Origin: Bacteroidota bacterium
Lineage (GTDB): Bacteria; Bacteroidota; Bacteroidia; CAILMK01
DNA length: 64,000 nucleotides
Assembly (NCBI GenBank): GCA_036846145.1
Contig: DAIUCM010000002.1
Span: 15,345-79,344, forward strand
Direction: 5' to 3'
In this document: positions 48,552-59,500 of the stretch, piece by piece
Layout of the letters: each line of letters starts with the position of its first letter
How positions within the stretch are numbered: position 1 is the stretch's first letter
Translations under genes and position numbers: made by a program
The notes under the pieces: model-generated
The model's database searches: none
Told to the model about the DNA's origin: nothing
The model's input: the letters and a program-made list of their open reading frames with translations, nothing else

Positions 48552-49048
48552 AATTACGAATGCCGCGATGCGAAGCAACCTTACAACCTTACAACTATAA
48601 AACTTCACAACTTCATTTACATATAAACATCTCGGAAAAAATACTTTGTGCCTTTGTGCCTTCGTGGCAAAAAAACCTGAAGATGAAGCAAGCTTACAAA
48701 CTTCAGCTTGAATTGCATATAAATGAAGCCTAAAAGTGCTTTCAAAACGAATCACACAATCAGCGAAATCTTAAAAATCATCATTAATCAGCGGTTAAAA
48801 CCGCGATGCGAAGTAATTTTTCAATTTTCCAATATTACAATTTTCCAATTCATCCATATATTACCCTCAGAAAAAATGCTTCATGTTTGGAGTGTTAAAA
48901 ACACAAAGTGTTAACAATTTCTTAACATTGGAGCTTCCACAACATTGCTTTGCTGCGTAACTTTGTATTGAAATTCCATATTTGCAACAAGGCTTCAATA
49001 AAACCATAACACACTTCAAATCAACGGAATATAATTATTAAAACACGA

Positions 49049-50071
49049 ATGAAAAAAGCCATTTATTTTTTACTGGCAGCAGGAATCAGTTTAAGCGCCT
49101 GCAACAATAATAATCAAGGCGATAATGCAGGAAAGACAGAACAACAGGGAGCGATACAGATTGACGGCTCCAGCACTGTTTATCCTATTACTGAAGCAAT
49201 TGCAGAAGAATACCGTACAGAAAGTCCGGGTATAAAAATTACAGTTGGCGTTTCGGGTACAGGCGGCGGCTTTAAAAAATTCACACGCGGCGATATTGAT
49301 ATTAACGATGCTTCCCGCTCAATTTCAGCTGGTGAGCTTGAGCAGGCAACACAAAATAAAATTGATTTTATAGAATTACCCGTTGCTTATGATGGTCTCG
49401 CTATTGTGGTAAACCCTGAGAATAACTGGGCGAAAGATATTACCGTTGCCGAGCTGAAAAAGCTTTGGGAGCCGGAAGCGCAGAATAAAATAAAACGCTG
49501 GAACCAGATTCGCCCGGAATGGCCTAACGAGGAAATTCACTTGTTTGGCGCGGGAGTAGAATCAGGCACGTATGATTATTTTACAGAGGCAATTGTAGGC
49601 AAAGCGCACAGCAGCCGTGGCGATTATACTGCCAGCGAGGATGACAATGTATTGGTACAGGGAATTTCTACCGATAAAAATGCGCTTGGCTTTTTTGGTG
49701 TAGCTTATTACAACGAAAATAAGGCAAAACTGAAGCTATTACCAGTTGACGACGAGAACGATGCGAACGGAAAAGGCGCAATTTCACCAACCGATGAAAC
49801 CATACAAAACGGAACTTACCAGCCGCTGAGCCGCCCGATTTTTATTTATGTTAACGCTAAAGCCGCAGAACGGGCAGAAGTAAGCGATTTTATAAACTTT
49901 TACCTTGAAACTGTAGGCCAGATTGCAAAAGAAGTTGGTTACGTTGCCTTACCAAATGATGTTTACGAACTGGTAAAAAAACGCTTTAACAATAAGAAAA
50001 CCGGCTCTGCATTTCTAAATAAATCGCATGTAAATGTGAACCTGAAAGAAATGCTTAGCGATAGCAAGTAA
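49049..50071 (+). CDS. pstS: phosphate ABC transporter substrate-binding protein PstS
   Basis: 340 aa; lipoprotein signal (LAAGISLSAC); DGSSTVYPITEA...SGTGGGFKKF PBP motifs. Confidence 0.9.
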   Translation: MKKAIYFLLAAGISLSACNNNNQGDNAGKTEQQGAIQIDGSSTVYPITEAIAEEYRTESPGIKITVGVSGTGGGFKKFTRGDIDINDASRSISAGELEQATQNKIDFIELPVAYDGLAIVVNPENNWAKDITVAELKKLWEPEAQNKIKRWNQIRPEWPNEEIHLFGAGVESGTYDYFTEAIVGKAHSSRGDYTASEDDNVLVQGISTDKNALGFFGVAYYNENKAKLKLLPVDDENDANGKGAISPTDETIQNGTYQPLSRPIFIYVNAKAAERAEVSDFINFYLETVGQIAKEVGYVALPNDVYELVKKRFNNKKTGSAFLNKSHVNVNLKEMLSDSK

Positions 50072-50091
50072 TTCTTTTCGCCAAATACTTT

Positions 50092-50973
50092 TTGGATATG
50101 AATACAAAGGAAAAAATAATTGAAAGGCTGCTGTTTTTATGCAGCCTTCTTACTGTTTTAACAACACTGGGAATTATACTGGTGCTGCTTGTGCAAAGTT
50201 TTTCCTTTTTCAGCGAGGTTTCCCTTTGGGATTTTTTAACCGATACCGAATGGACGCCATTGTTCGCCGATAAGCATTTCGGTATATTGCCTTTGTTATC
50301 GGGCACATTTCTTACTACCTTAATTGCCATTACAGTTGCGCTGCCTATAGGACTTATTATAGCCGTTTACCTCAGCCAGTACGCTCATCCACGTACACGT
50401 AATATAATCAAGCCTTTCCTTGAGCTCCTGGCAGCTGTACCAACAGTGGTTTATGGTTATTTCGCTTTAGTTTTTGTTACACCTTTGCTGCAAACATTCA
50501 TCCCGGGATTATCAGGCTTCAACGCACTTTCTCCTGGCCTTGTTATGGGCATTATGATTGTTCCGTTAATTTCATCGCTCAGCGAAGATGCCATGTCATC
50601 TGTTCCTAAAGCACTTCGCGAAGGATCTTATGCCATGGGCGCAACACGTTTACAAACAGCATTAAAAGTAATTTTTCCATCAGCTGCATCAGGTATCGGC
50701 GTATCAATTATACTGGCAATTTCCAGGGCTATTGGCGAAACCATGATTGTTGCCATTGCTGCCGGCCAGCAGCCTCGATTAACCCTGGACCCAACTGTGC
50801 CGATTGAAACCGTAACAACCTATATTGTACAGGTAAGCCTTGGCGATGTTCCACATAATTCATTGGAATACAGGACAATATTCGCAGTAGGCATGGCCCT
50901 GTTCGTTATTACTTTTATTTTAAACAACATCAGCTACTACGTTAAAAAACGTTTCCACCAAAGCTATGAGTAA
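50092..50973 (+). CDS. pstC: phosphate ABC transporter permease PstC
   Basis: 293 aa, 6 TM, EAA-like loop (SRAIGETMIVAIAAG). Confidence 0.9.
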   Translation: MDMNTKEKIIERLLFLCSLLTVLTTLGIILVLLVQSFSFFSEVSLWDFLTDTEWTPLFADKHFGILPLLSGTFLTTLIAITVALPIGLIIAVYLSQYAHPRTRNIIKPFLELLAAVPTVVYGYFALVFVTPLLQTFIPGLSGFNALSPGLVMGIMIVPLISSLSEDAMSSVPKALREGSYAMGATRLQTALKVIFPSAASGIGVSIILAISRAIGETMIVAIAAGQQPRLTLDPTVPIETVTTYIVQVSLGDVPHNSLEYRTIFAVGMALFVITFILNNISYYVKKRFHQSYE

Positions 50974-51823
50974 ATCATTCGTACACGAGGTAAAAGACAA
51001 GATCTTCCGTATAGTAGGTATAATTTCTACTGTATTTGCGCTGCTTGTATTGGTTGTGTTGCTGATAGATGTAGCGACAGATGGCGGCGCTAGGCTCAGC
51101 TGGGATTTTCTTACAAAACTGCCTTCCAGGTTTCCGCACAAAGCAGGTATTTTAACCGCTTGGGTGGGTACAATATGGATAATGGTTATGACTGCTATTT
51201 TCGCCTGCCCGATTGGTATTGCAGCCGGAATTTACTTACAGGAATATGGCAAGAAAAATCGCTGGACATCATTCATCGAAGTAAATATTGCTAACCTGGC
51301 CGGCGTGCCATCAATTATTTATGGTCTTTTAGGCCTTGAGCTATTTGTAAGGGCGCTAAGTTTGGGTGAAAGCATTTTAACGGGTGGTTTAACTTTATCA
51401 TTACTTATCCTGCCAATTATAATTGTTTCCACAAGAGAAGCCATAAAAGCAGTACCTTATACTTTGCGCGAAGCATCTTACGCTATGGGCGCTAGCAAAT
51501 GGCAAACCATATGGCACCAGGTTTTACCTGCGGCAAGCGGTGGCATTTTAACCGGCATTATCCTTTCGCTTTCGCGCGCCATTGGAGAAACCGCGCCGCT
51601 GATTGTAATTGGTGCATTAACTTATGTGCCTTTTGTGCCGAGCTCGCCTATGGATTCCTTTACAGTTTTACCAATACAGATATTTAACTGGGTTTCCCGT
51701 CCTCAGCAAGGCTTCGTAATAAACGCGGCAGCAGGTATTATTGTATTACTTATATTAACTTTGTTAATGAATGGCTTCGCAATTTACCTGCGCCAGCGCT
51801 GGCAGCGTAAGGTGAAATGGTAA
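50966..51823 (+). CDS. pstA: phosphate ABC transporter permease PstA
   Basis: 285 aa, 6 TM, LSRAIGETAPLIVIGAL; 8-nt overlap with pstC. Confidence 0.9.
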   Translation: MSKSFVHEVKDKIFRIVGIISTVFALLVLVVLLIDVATDGGARLSWDFLTKLPSRFPHKAGILTAWVGTIWIMVMTAIFACPIGIAAGIYLQEYGKKNRWTSFIEVNIANLAGVPSIIYGLLGLELFVRALSLGESILTGGLTLSLLILPIIIVSTREAIKAVPYTLREASYAMGASKWQTIWHQVLPAASGGILTGIILSLSRAIGETAPLIVIGALTYVPFVPSSPMDSFTVLPIQIFNWVSRPQQGFVINAAAGIIVLLILTLLMNGFAIYLRQRWQRKVKW

Positions 51824-51826
51824 TTT

Positions 51827-51867
51827 CAGTGATCAGTGATCAATTAACAGTGATCAGTGATCAATTG
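51827..51867. repeat. tandem direct repeat 2 x CAGTGATCAGTGATCAATT(A/G) in the pstA-pstB gap
   Basis: cagtgatcagtgatcaattaa-cagtgatcagtgatcaattga; related CAGTGACCAGTAATCAGTGACCAG occurs inside MITE copy 2 (36841-36866). Confidence 0.6.
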
Positions 51868-52115
51868 AATATGAACATGTATAATCTCGGTTGCCGGGAT
51901 ACTGAAAGTGCGAAACCCAAAAGCATAAAAGTTTGCATAGCGTTTTTAGAAAATAATATATAGAAGAAAAATTAAGAGTAGCCATTAATGGGCGAAAAAA
52001 ACAGCCTGGCCTAAAGGCCAGGAAATAACAAAGCATTTTTACTTGCTTCCATATATGGAAACCACGGAAAATGCTTTACTTGATAATTGATAATTGATAA
52101 TTGAACATTGGGAAA

Positions 52116-52868
52116 ATGTATAAATTAGAAGCGGCAGATGTAAATTTTTATTACGGGCAGGTACACGCGCTGAAGAATATAAACATTGGTATAGAAGAAA
52201 ATACGGTAACGGCATTTATCGGCCCTTCCGGTTGCGGAAAATCTACTTTCCTGCGCCTTTTTAACCGTATGAACGACCTTATTGATGGCGCACGCGTGGA
52301 AGGAAACGTATTGATTGACGGGCAGGATATTTACTCCAAACGCACAAATGTTTATGAACTGCGCAAAAAAGTAGGTATGGTTTTCCAGAAGCCAAATCCT
52401 TTTCCTAAATCCATCTTTGAGAATGTAGCTTACGGGCTTCGTGTTACAGGCGTAAAAGACAAGAATTTTATTGAAGAGCGCGTAGAAACATCACTAAAGC
52501 AGGCAACGCTTTGGGAAGAAGTGAAAGATAAGCTGAAAAAATCGGCATTCTCATTATCGGGCGGCCAGCAGCAGCGTTTATGCATTGCGCGCACCTTAGC
52601 TATAGAACCATCTGTGCTTTTAATGGATGAACCTACTTCTGCATTAGATCCAATATCTAACAGTAAAATTGAAGAGCTTATTTTCTCGCTGAAACAGGAA
52701 TATACCATTGTAATTGTAACGCACAACATGCAGCAGGCTGCGCGTGTTAGTGATAAAACAGCGTTCTTTTATATTGGTGAGCTTGTGGAATATGATAATA
52801 CGCAAAACATCTTCACCAAGCCAAAAGAAGTACGTACTCAGAATTATATAACCGGAAGGTTTGGGTAA
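52116..52868 (+). CDS. pstB: phosphate ABC transporter ATP-binding protein PstB
   Basis: Walker [10 protein letters not shown], signature LSGGQQQRL, Walker [12 protein letters not shown]; ORF-track TTG start 52101 lies inside a TTGATAA x3 tandem repeat, ATG 52116 preferred. Confidence 0.9.
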   Translation: MYKLEAADVNFYYGQVHALKNINIGIEENTVTAFIGPSGCGKSTFLRLFNRMNDLIDGARVEGNVLIDGQDIYSKRTNVYELRKKVGMVFQKPNPFPKSIFENVAYGLRVTGVKDKNFIEERVETSLKQATLWEEVKDKLKKSAFSLSGGQQQRLCIARTLAIEPSVLLMDEPTSALDPISNSKIEELIFSLKQEYTIVIVTHNMQQAARVSDKTAFFYIGELVEYDNTQNIFTKPKEVRTQNYITGRFG

Positions 52869-53161
52869 ACAATGTAATAATGAATAAATACATTAATGAT
52901 ATAATAGGAATGTGTAGATGTGGAAATATGTAAATGTGCAAATTAGCTGAACAGGACAATCGGAGCACCACTCCTTCCCTGTTCCAGGGAAAGTGCCCAA
53001 AAGGCGGAAGGGCAAATTTCATATATAATAACACTGAAAAATGCTTTCAATCAATCTTCATATTTTCACATCTGCAAATAAAAATTTATTCATTCATTCT
53101 TACATTCATTCAATCTTACATTAAAAATAAACGTAACTTAGCAAAAACGTAACAGTAACAA

Positions 53162-53839
53162 ATGACGCACCTCGAAGTAGAATTAGGAAAGATTCGCGAA
53201 AGCGCGCTGGAAATGATGAACATGGTGAAAAACCAGCTTTGCAAAGGCAAAGAAGCCCTCATCACATCCAACAAGGAACTCGCATTGGAAGTAATGCACA
53301 ACGAGAAACGCGTTAACGGTTACGAATTACTGATTGATAATGATTGTGAGAACGTAATTGCCCTTTTCAGCCCGGTAGCAATTGATTTACGTTTTGTTTT
53401 GGCCACTTTAAAAATAAACTATCATTTAGAACGTATTGGCGACAACGCCGATGGTATTGCCAGAAACGTACTCGACCTGCAGGCGCAGTGGAATGCAGAG
53501 CTACTTGATTCGCTGGAAATTGTAAAAGCTTTTGATACGGCTGTGGAAATGCTGGATTTTATAATCGATTCATACGAGCATGAAGATTCCTCGCTGGCGC
53601 GTAAGGTGTTTGAAATGGACAAAACTATTGACGATATAACCGACCGGGCAATTGTTAAAATAGCAGAATACCTGAAACAAAATAATCAAAACCTCGAAAA
53701 AGATTTATATTTGCTGCTGATACATCGTAAACTGGAGCGTGTTGGCGACCTGATGAAGAATATGGCGGAAGAGATCATCTTCTACGTAGAAGCTAAGGTG
53801 CTTAAACATAAACCGAAAAAGGAAAAAATTGGCAAATAA
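53162..53839 (+). CDS. phoU: phosphate signalling complex protein PhoU
   Basis: 225 aa; two PhoU repeats with ERIGD motifs (LERIGDNADGIARN, LERVGDLMKNMAEEI). Confidence 0.9.
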   Translation: MTHLEVELGKIRESALEMMNMVKNQLCKGKEALITSNKELALEVMHNEKRVNGYELLIDNDCENVIALFSPVAIDLRFVLATLKINYHLERIGDNADGIARNVLDLQAQWNAELLDSLEIVKAFDTAVEMLDFIIDSYEHEDSSLARKVFEMDKTIDDITDRAIVKIAEYLKQNNQNLEKDLYLLLIHRKLERVGDLMKNMAEEIIFYVEAKVLKHKPKKEKIGK

Positions 53840-53849
53840 TATTTAAAGC

Positions 53850-54827
53850 ATGCAATATCAGGGTAAAGATTTAGCTACATTTCCGAAACAGATACAATAC
53901 GCAATTGATAATTATATACCGCATGGCCTCAAAGTGAGCGCTTTCGATAATGTTATCATTTGCGGTTTAGGCGGCAGCGGCATTGCCGGCCGTTTGTTCA
54001 AGGTAAATACATTCAACAGCTTCCCTTTACCGATCGAGATTATATCTGACTATAATTTACCTGCTTATGTAGGCCCGCGCACTTTAGCCATACAATGCTC
54101 GTACTCAGGCAATACCGAAGAAACCTTAAGCATGTATGCGCATGCAAAGGCCAAAGGCGCAGCCATGATATGCATTGCCACAGGCGGCAAGCTACAGGAT
54201 GTTGCTTTTAATGATCATGTAATGTTTTACAAGGCGGAAGCCGGCTACCAGCCACGCATGGCGCTGGGTTATCCGCTGGCCTACCTTTTCCTTATTTTCG
54301 ATGAGCTGACAGGCACAAACAAGCGCGCGGAGTTAGAAGCAACCATAGAAACGCTTAGTAATACAGATCTGCATATAACCGAAGCACGAAAAATGCTTGA
54401 GCAGATAAAGCCGCATTTCCCTAAAAAAATAGTTGTTATTACCGATTATTTCAGCAGCGCAGCGGGTTTACGCTTTTGCCAGCAGATACAGGAAAACGCT
54501 AAAGCTGAGGCATTCCTTAACGAACTGCCTGAAAGCAACCACAATGTTATTGAATCGTACTACGGCCGGTTAGATAGTATTTTCTACTGCCTCAATACGC
54601 ATAAAAATCCGCGCACCGATCTGCGTTTCAGTTTTATAAAAGACCTTCTGCGTAAAAACGGCGATGTGGTTTTTGATATTGATATTGATGCCGACTCCAT
54701 GACTGACCTGCTGCAGAAAATATATGTAATGGATTGGCTGTCACTGCTGCTGGCCGAATATAAAGGCGCTGTATCATCGGATATTCGTAATATAAATGCG
54801 CTGAAGGATTATCTTTCTCGCCAGTAA
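53850..54827 (+). CDS. SIS-domain protein of the bifunctional phosphoglucose/phosphomannose isomerase family
   Basis: 325 aa; CGLGGSGIAGRL and CSYSGNTEET SIS motifs. Confidence 0.5.
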   Translation: MQYQGKDLATFPKQIQYAIDNYIPHGLKVSAFDNVIICGLGGSGIAGRLFKVNTFNSFPLPIEIISDYNLPAYVGPRTLAIQCSYSGNTEETLSMYAHAKAKGAAMICIATGGKLQDVAFNDHVMFYKAEAGYQPRMALGYPLAYLFLIFDELTGTNKRAELEATIETLSNTDLHITEARKMLEQIKPHFPKKIVVITDYFSSAAGLRFCQQIQENAKAEAFLNELPESNHNVIESYYGRLDSIFYCLNTHKNPRTDLRFSFIKDLLRKNGDVVFDIDIDADSMTDLLQKIYVMDWLSLLLAEYKGAVSSDIRNINALKDYLSRQ

Positions 54828-54899
54828 TTCATTTTTCCATATAAGTACCTGGCAAAAAATGCTTTAAATGGCTTAAATTAGCTTGCTAAAAGTATTTAT

Positions 54900-55556
54900 A
54901 TGTCGGCAGGCCAGTTTCTTACATTCCGCAAATTTTCAAATGAAGATGTTGCAGGTGATCTTATTGCTTTTTTGGATGAAGAAAATATCCCTTACGAGGT
55001 AGAAGAAAATAATATCAGGGCGGATATTACTTCATTAACTGTGGCCAGCCCATTTACAAAAGAGATCAGTATAAAATTAAGGCAAGAAGATTTTACCCGC
55101 GCGAATACACTTTGGGAAGAAGCCATAAACAAGCAGCTGAACGATGTTGATAAAGATTATTACCTCTACAGCTTTACCGATGAAGAACTTACCGATGTAA
55201 TTACCCGGCCCGATGAATGGAGTACTTTCGATTTTTTACTTGCGCAGAAGATCTTCCGGAGCCGCGGCGCTGATATTAAGCCCGAAGTTATAAACGAGCT
55301 AAAGCAAAACAGGCTGCAGGTGCTTGCCCGGCCAGAAGAAAGCCAGGCAGGCTGGATTGTTGCCGGGTATCTGCTTGCATTGGCTGGCGGCTTACTTGCC
55401 ATTTTTATTGGCTGGCATCTATCAACTTTTAAAAGAACCCTGCCCAACGGCGAACAGGTTTTTGGCTACACCGAAACCGACAGAAAGCATGGCAAAATTA
55501 TATTGTTGCTTGGCAGCATTAGCTTTATCATATGGCTTTGGCTGCGTTATAAATAA
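54900..55556 (+). CDS. membrane-anchored protein with N-terminal DUF2007-like (putative signal-transducing) domain
   Basis: 218 aa; soluble N-domain, two C-terminal TM helices. Confidence 0.35.
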   Translation: MSAGQFLTFRKFSNEDVAGDLIAFLDEENIPYEVEENNIRADITSLTVASPFTKEISIKLRQEDFTRANTLWEEAINKQLNDVDKDYYLYSFTDEELTDVITRPDEWSTFDFLLAQKIFRSRGADIKPEVINELKQNRLQVLARPEESQAGWIVAGYLLALAGGLLAIFIGWHLSTFKRTLPNGEQVFGYTETDRKHGKIILLLGSISFIIWLWLRYK

Positions 55557-55974
55557 GGAAGCGAAAAAAGTATGTATGAATGTCCGCCAGCGACACTGCT
55601 TAGTCGAATTCTAAACAATATTAGCCTGAACTCATACATTCAACGTGAACCTGGGAATTAATAATACAGTATACTGCTAATCGTAGCATTTTTGCTATGA
55701 ATATTTTAGCTGGTAGTTTACAAACTACAAGCTAAAATCTGCGAAGTTTAAAAACTTCGCAGAGCATACCCAGGTCTTGGATTTGTGCGTCAAATTTTCA
55801 ATTGCAATTAATATATCCCGATACCTCGAGACATTTTTATACTTAAGCTTATATGGAAATTAGGATTTATACTAATACTTTTTCGCTATCCGGGAATTGG
55901 GCACAGGGCCCTTAAAGTCATGTACCGGAGCCTGTATTTTGATAAGGTGAGCTTGAGATTTATTTATCTGACTA

Positions 55975-56152
55975 TAATTTAATTATAACGAAAGTCCATA
56001 TAGCGTTAAGCCGAAAAATGCTTTTTCCAAATTAATAGGATTAAAGTTTATTTCTCCGAATAAAGTTAGATGTGCCATATTTTGAAAATATGGCACATCT
56101 GCGCTCTGAATCTAATATACTTACCAACTATTAATACATAAAACCCTCAGTT
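55975..56152. repeat. ~160-bp duplicated element copy 2 with identical 33-bp palindrome (56067-56099)
   Basis: Aligns to 38925-39080; starts with gtccatatagcg..gccgaaaaatgcttttt (palindromic-motif half-site); embedded in 1-kb ORF-free AT-rich region upstream of the hybrid kinase. Confidence 0.6.
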
Positions 56153-56560
56153 GGAATTCCCGGGTTCAGGCAATGATAAATACAGTATAACATGTCATGT
56201 AATAAGTATTGTGATGAATTCAGTTCAAATCAGGCGCACTGCTGAAACCATTGAAAGATACTGATTTACAGCAATCTGATAACATATTTTATTTGCACGC
56301 AATACATAATACTTTTGCCTCGAAACTTATAAATAATTACCTTAGCCGCCGCAACTGAATCAGCATTGTAAACAGCATTAATTTTAATTAGAATTTATAC
56401 AAGATTAGCATATTTATTACATTTGCGTTATGCAGAGATTATTTTAATGTTAAATTAATAGAATTAAGTTTAACTTGCATAAAATAAAATGTTTATTTAG
56501 CATTTCACCAAATGGGCTCTTTAAATAACTGGCTGTCCTTTTATTTAACAAACCGAATAA

Positions 56561-59500
56561 ATGAAGAAAAATTTTTGGCAGCGGGTAAGCGCAATTGGCG
56601 TTGATCCGGATTTACCCGATGAAATAAACAAGAAAATTATACTTACCAACCAGGTTTGCTTTATTGGCTTCACTTTGCTTTGCATAGGGTTAATAGATAA
56701 CATACTGGGCGTACAAGTACCTTTAACCGGTATAATTGCCGGCATTATGGCCGGTATTGCAGTAACCTTGTTCCTTAACATGAGCGGTTACCACACTGCT
56801 GCCAGGCTGTTATTTATTGTTATGGCCTGCGCAAATGTTATACTGGTGGACTGGAAAATAGGCAACGAAACTTATAACCATGTTTACTATTTTACTACGC
56901 TGGCTTCAACATTAATACTGATAAGGCTGAAGGAACGCAGGCTCATGTTTTTTTGCATAGCGCTGTTTATTGCCACTGTTTGCCTGCTTCAGTTTAGTGA
57001 TTACAGCCCTTTTCCCCGATTGGCCTACCGGCGCGAAGAGCTGCAGTTTATACGGAATTCAAATATCTTCGTTTCGCTGAGCCTTGTTTCGTTGTACCTG
57101 TACAGTGTTTTGCGCGAGAACGAAAACAACGAAGCATCTTTACGCAGGCAGAAAGAAAATACTAATGCCATTATACAGGCTTCTAACGATTCCATTTGGC
57201 TGGTAGATAACGATTACAAGATCATATCCTATAATAACAAAGCGAAACAATCGCTACAGGAAGAATATAATTTAATTGCAGAAGAAGGAACAGATTTTAT
57301 AGCAGTACTTGAACAAAACGGACTGGCGCAGGATGCTGAAAAATGGAGAAATTATTACCAGCGTGCGCTTGCAGGCGAAAAATTTGTAACGGAAGAGTAT
57401 TTTTACTACAGCGCAAATAAAGCTTACTGCGAAATTTCCTTCAGCCCGATAAAGCAGGATAATATTATAAAAGGCGTAAGTGTTTTCGCTAAAAACATCA
57501 CCGACCGCAAACAGGCAGAAACCACCATTTCCGAACTGAATAACCTGCAAAGCGCAATTATCAACGGCACAAAAAGCTCCATTATTTCGCTCGATCTAAA
57601 CGGTTACATTACCACTTTTAACAAGGCAACCGAAAAAATATCGGGCTTTACTGCCGAGGAAGTTATCGGCAAGCACACAAAAACATTGTTCGGTATTTCC
57701 GTACAGGATGAAAAAGAGAATGCCGGCTTCATTTCAGAAAAAGAAAGAACCTTTTCAACCAAAGATGGCAGGCTTGTAAACGTATCAACCAATACAACGC
57801 CATTGCGCAACGCACAGAACGAAACCATTGGCTATCTTATTATTTCGGAAGATATTACCGAGAAAAAGCAGGTTGAGGAACGCTTAAAGCTCATAGCCGA
57901 GAACGAGAAAAAGCGCGCCTGGGTTGCGAATGGCGTTGCGCAGCTTAACGAGCATATAAGAAATTACCAGCAGGCGCCGGATGCGCTTTGCAAAGAAGCG
58001 TTGAATTTTATTGCCAACTATTTACGTGCCAGCCAGGCTGCGCTTTATATACGCAACAGCAACGAAAAACAGGCAATGCTCAATTTAAAAGCGGCTTATG
58101 CGCTGAACATCGAAAAGCTTCAGAAACATACATTTGGTTTTGGCGAAGGTTTGGTTGGCCAGGCCGCCGTTAACAAATCACCTGCTATATTTACAGATCT
58201 GCCGCAAGGCTACCTGAAGCTGGAATCGGCGCTGGGCGGCGCAATTCCTACACTTTTATTTATTGTGCCGCTTATTTTTAATGATGAAGTAAACGGCGTT
58301 GCGGAGTTCGCTTTCCTCAATGCGCCGGATGATACACAAAAGGAATTCGCCGAAAAAGCAATGATTGCCCTGGCCGCAACGATTGACCTGATAAGCCGAA
58401 AAACAAAAACCGAGAACCTGCTAAAACAATCGCAATTATTGAACGAAAAACTAAAACAGCAGGAAGAAGAGCTAAAAGTGAGCAATGAAGAGCTGATAGA
58501 AAAAGGCCGCCAGCTGGAAGCATCGCAGGAAGAACTTTTAAAAACAAATTTGCAGATTGCGGAAAAAGCACGTTTGCTACAGGACCAGAACGATGCGTTG
58601 GAATCGGCCAGAGATGCGTTGAAGCTGAAGGCAGAACAGCTTGAAGTAAGCAGCCAGTATAAATCTGAGTTTTTAGCCAACATGAGCCACGAGCTGAGAA
58701 CCCCGCTGAACAGTATCCTCATCCTCGCCAACCTGCTTTCTGAAAACACAGAGCAAAACCTTACCGAAAAGCAGACGGAATTCGCCAAAGTGATACAAAA
58801 ATCAGGAGCCGATCTGCTGAATCTTATAAATGATATTCTTGACTTATCGAAAATAGAATCGCGCAAAATAGAACTTGAAATTACACCGGTTGATGTTGCT
58901 GAAATTACGTACGATATGGAAGTACTTTTCCGCGAACTGGCATATGAGAAGCAGATCAACTTTAAAGTAACCTTAGATCCTGAGCTGCCCAAAACCATAC
59001 ATACCGACATCATGCGTGTGGAACAGGTACTGAAAAACCTGCTATCCAATGCCTTTAAATTTACCGATAAAAACGGCACTGTAGAATTACAGGTTACAAC
59101 ACCCGGCAAAAACACCAGCTACAAAAACGAGGCGCTATATAAGGATATCCCGAAAATTGCTTTCCATGTAAAAGATACCGGCATTGGCATTGCGGAAGAT
59201 AAGCAGCAGTATGTTTTCGAAGCATTCCGCCAGGCAGATGGTTCTACAAGCCGCAAATTTGGTGGTACAGGTTTGGGCCTTAGCATCAGCCGTGAGCTTG
59301 CGCTGATTTTGGGCGGCGAGCTGCAGCTAGAAAGCAAGCCGGGCGTTGGCAGTACTTTCTCGCTTATAATTCCTGCCGGAAATAATACAAATGCACAGCC
59401 TGCTCCACAGACCATAAACCGAGAAAAAACTGCCGCTTCCCATATAGCTGATGCTGGAAAAATGCTTTCGGAAAAAACAGAAACGCCCGCACCAGAACAA

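Noticed and set aside
48423-48755. 110-aa minus-strand ORF in the pstS upstream repeat region
   Set aside because: It spans stem-loops and direct repeats and has no signal or motif. The region is better explained as structured non-coding DNA or RNA.
55990-56010. GAAAGTCC match suggesting RNase P RNA
   Set aside because: Other universally conserved RNase P elements (GGGCAGG, ACAGAA..CCCGGCTTA) are absent. The hit lies within the 160-bp duplicated element.
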